The notes under the pieces are model-generated. The model had not been told where the DNA came from. It saw only the letters and a program-made list of their open reading frames with translations, and searched no databases. A stretch of 64,000 nt of DNA. Source: Heterodontus francisci. Taxonomy: Eukaryota. Positions 62,160-64,000 of the stretch are shown here, piece after piece (positions within the stretch are counted from its first letter, which is position 1; each line of letters opens with the position of its first letter). Made by a program: the position numbers and the translations under genes. The stretch spans positions 87,761,611 through 87,825,610 of the forward strand of contig NC_090389.1 of the NCBI RefSeq assembly GCF_036365525.1. Direction: 5' to 3'.

Positions 62160-64000
62160 CGCAAAGATGGGTGGCAGGTCAGAAGATTTGGCAGAATATA
62201 AAAAAACAGCAAAGAATGACTAATCGATTAATAAGGAAGGAAACATTAGAACGAGAGAAAGCTGGTGAGAAATATAAAGACATAGCAAGAGTTTCTATAG
62301 ATATTTTAAAAAGTAAAGAGTTAACAAAGTGAGTGTTGGTCCTATAGAAAGTGAGTGGGGATTAAATGAGGGGAAAATAAGGAGATGGCAGATGAATAGA
62401 ACAGGTATTTTGCATTGGTCTTCACCATAGAGGATGCAAGTAGCATCCCAGAAATAGCTGTAAATCAGGAAATAAAAGGGAGGGAGGGACTCCAAGAAAA
62501 TTAAAATCACCAGGGAAGCATAACTGAGCAAATTGGAGCTGCGGGCTTACAAGTCCTCGGGTCTTGATGGACTTCATCCTAGGGTGTTAAAAGAAGTGAC
62601 TAGTGAGATAGTTGATGCATTGGCTTTGATTTTCCAAAATTCCCTAGATTCGGGGAAGGTTCCATTAGTTTGGAAAATAGCCAATGTAACTCCTTTATTC
62701 AAAAAGGGAGGGAGACTGAAAGCAGGAAACTACAGGCCAGTTAGCTTAACATCTGTCATATGGAAAATGTTAGCTATTGTTAAGGATGTTACAGCAGGGC
62801 ACTTAGAAAAATTCAAGGTAATCAGGCAAAGTCAACATGGTTTTGTGAAAGGGAAATCATGTTTAACTAATTTATTGGAGTGCTTTGAAGAAGTAACATG
62901 TGCTATGGATAAAGGGAAACTGGTGGATATACTGTACTTCGATTTCCAGGAGGCATTTGATAAGTTGCCACATCAAAGGTTATTGCGGAAAATAAAAGCT
63001 CATGGTGTCGGGGATAACATTTTGGCATGGAAGGATTGGCTAGCTAACAGGAAACAGTAGGCATAAATGGGTCATTTTCTGGTTGGCAAGATGGAACGAG
63101 TAGTGTGCCACAGGGATCAGTGCTGGGGCCTCAACGTTTTACAATTAATATAAATGACTTGGATGAAGGGACCGAAGGTATGGTTGCTAAATTTGCTGAT
63201 GACACAAAGATAGGTAGGAAACTAAGTTGTGAAGAGGACATAAGGAGGCTTCAAATGGATATAGTTAGGTTAAGTGAGTGGGCAAAGATCTGGCAAAAAT
63301 GTGAAATTGCCCATTTTGGCAGGAAGAATAAAAAAGTATATTATCTAAATGGTGAGAGATTGCAGAGCTGAGATGCAGAGGGATCTGGGTGTCCCAGTGC
63401 ATGAATCTCAAAAGGTTGTATGCAGGTACAGCAAGTAATTAGGAAAGCCAATAGGATGTTATTGTTTATTGCGAGCGCAATTGAATACAAAGGTAGGGAG
63501 GTTATGCTTCAACTATACAGGGCACTGGTGAGACCACATCTGGAGTACTGTGTACAGTATTAGTCTCCTTATTTAAGGAAAGATGTAAATGCATTGCAAG
63601 CAGTTCAGAGAAGGTTTACTAGACTAATAGGGTGGGTTGTCTTATTAGGAAAGATTGGACAGGCTAGGCTGGAGTTTAGAAGAGTTGGAGGACACTTGAT
63701 TGAAACATATAAGATCCTGAAGGGTCTTGACAGGATGGATGTGGAAAGGATGTGTCCTCGTGTGGGAGAACCTAGAACTAGGGGTCACTGTTTTAAAAAT
63801 AAGCCCATTTAAGACAGAGCTGAGGCGACATTTTTTCTGAGGGTCGTGAGTCTTTGGAGCTCTCTTCAAAAGGCGGCAGAAGCAGAGCCTTTGAATATTT
63901 TTAAGGCAGAGGTAGGTAGATTCTTGATAAGGGGGTTATTGCGGGTAGGCGGGAATGTGGAGTTGAGGTTACAATCAGATCAGCCGTGATCATCTTGAAT
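62160..64000 (+). mobile_element. CR1 ORF2 RT and 3' region, degraded
   Basis: KSSGLDGLHPRVLKE, NYRPVSLTS, QHGFVKGKSCLTNL, PQGSVLGP, KFADDTK. Confidence 0.9.

Noticed and set aside
57973-64000. HCFC1 exon 14
   Set aside because: No SPITIITTK-like segment with splice sites found; it presumably lies beyond the window.

Overview
Vertebrate genomic DNA, most likely from a cartilaginous fish, judging by the V-SINE/HE1-like and Deu-domain SINEs and the dense CR1 content. The only host gene is a + strand host cell factor 1 (HCFC1-type) gene. Twelve GT-AG coding exons (homologues of human exons 2-13, 29022-57972) splice into one open frame covering the Kelch propeller, the SAS1N/Fn3 strands and the basic region. 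Exon 1 and exons 14 onward were not found and presumably lie outside the window. The rest is intron filled with retroelements: CR1 LINEs (two young, near-identical copies), RTE LINEs, a second CR1/L2-group LINE, an L2 3' end, a Penelope-like element, a Vingi/Ingi-like LINE and several SINE families. An N-gapped C/T tandem array abuts exon 10. Most notable observations: (i) a candidate in-frame exitron in exon 8 matching the human HCF-1 delta382-450 isoform; (ii) a minimal hammerhead-ribozyme motif in the Penelope terminus; (iii) a four-level nested retroelement stack in intron 1; (iv) a Vingi-like LINE; (v) inverted RTE copies flanking two phase-0 exons. No prokaryotic features and no clearly new multi-gene system were found. 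Comparisons with human HCFC1 and repeat-family names come from recall, not database searches, and repeat boundaries are approximate unless a TSD is given.
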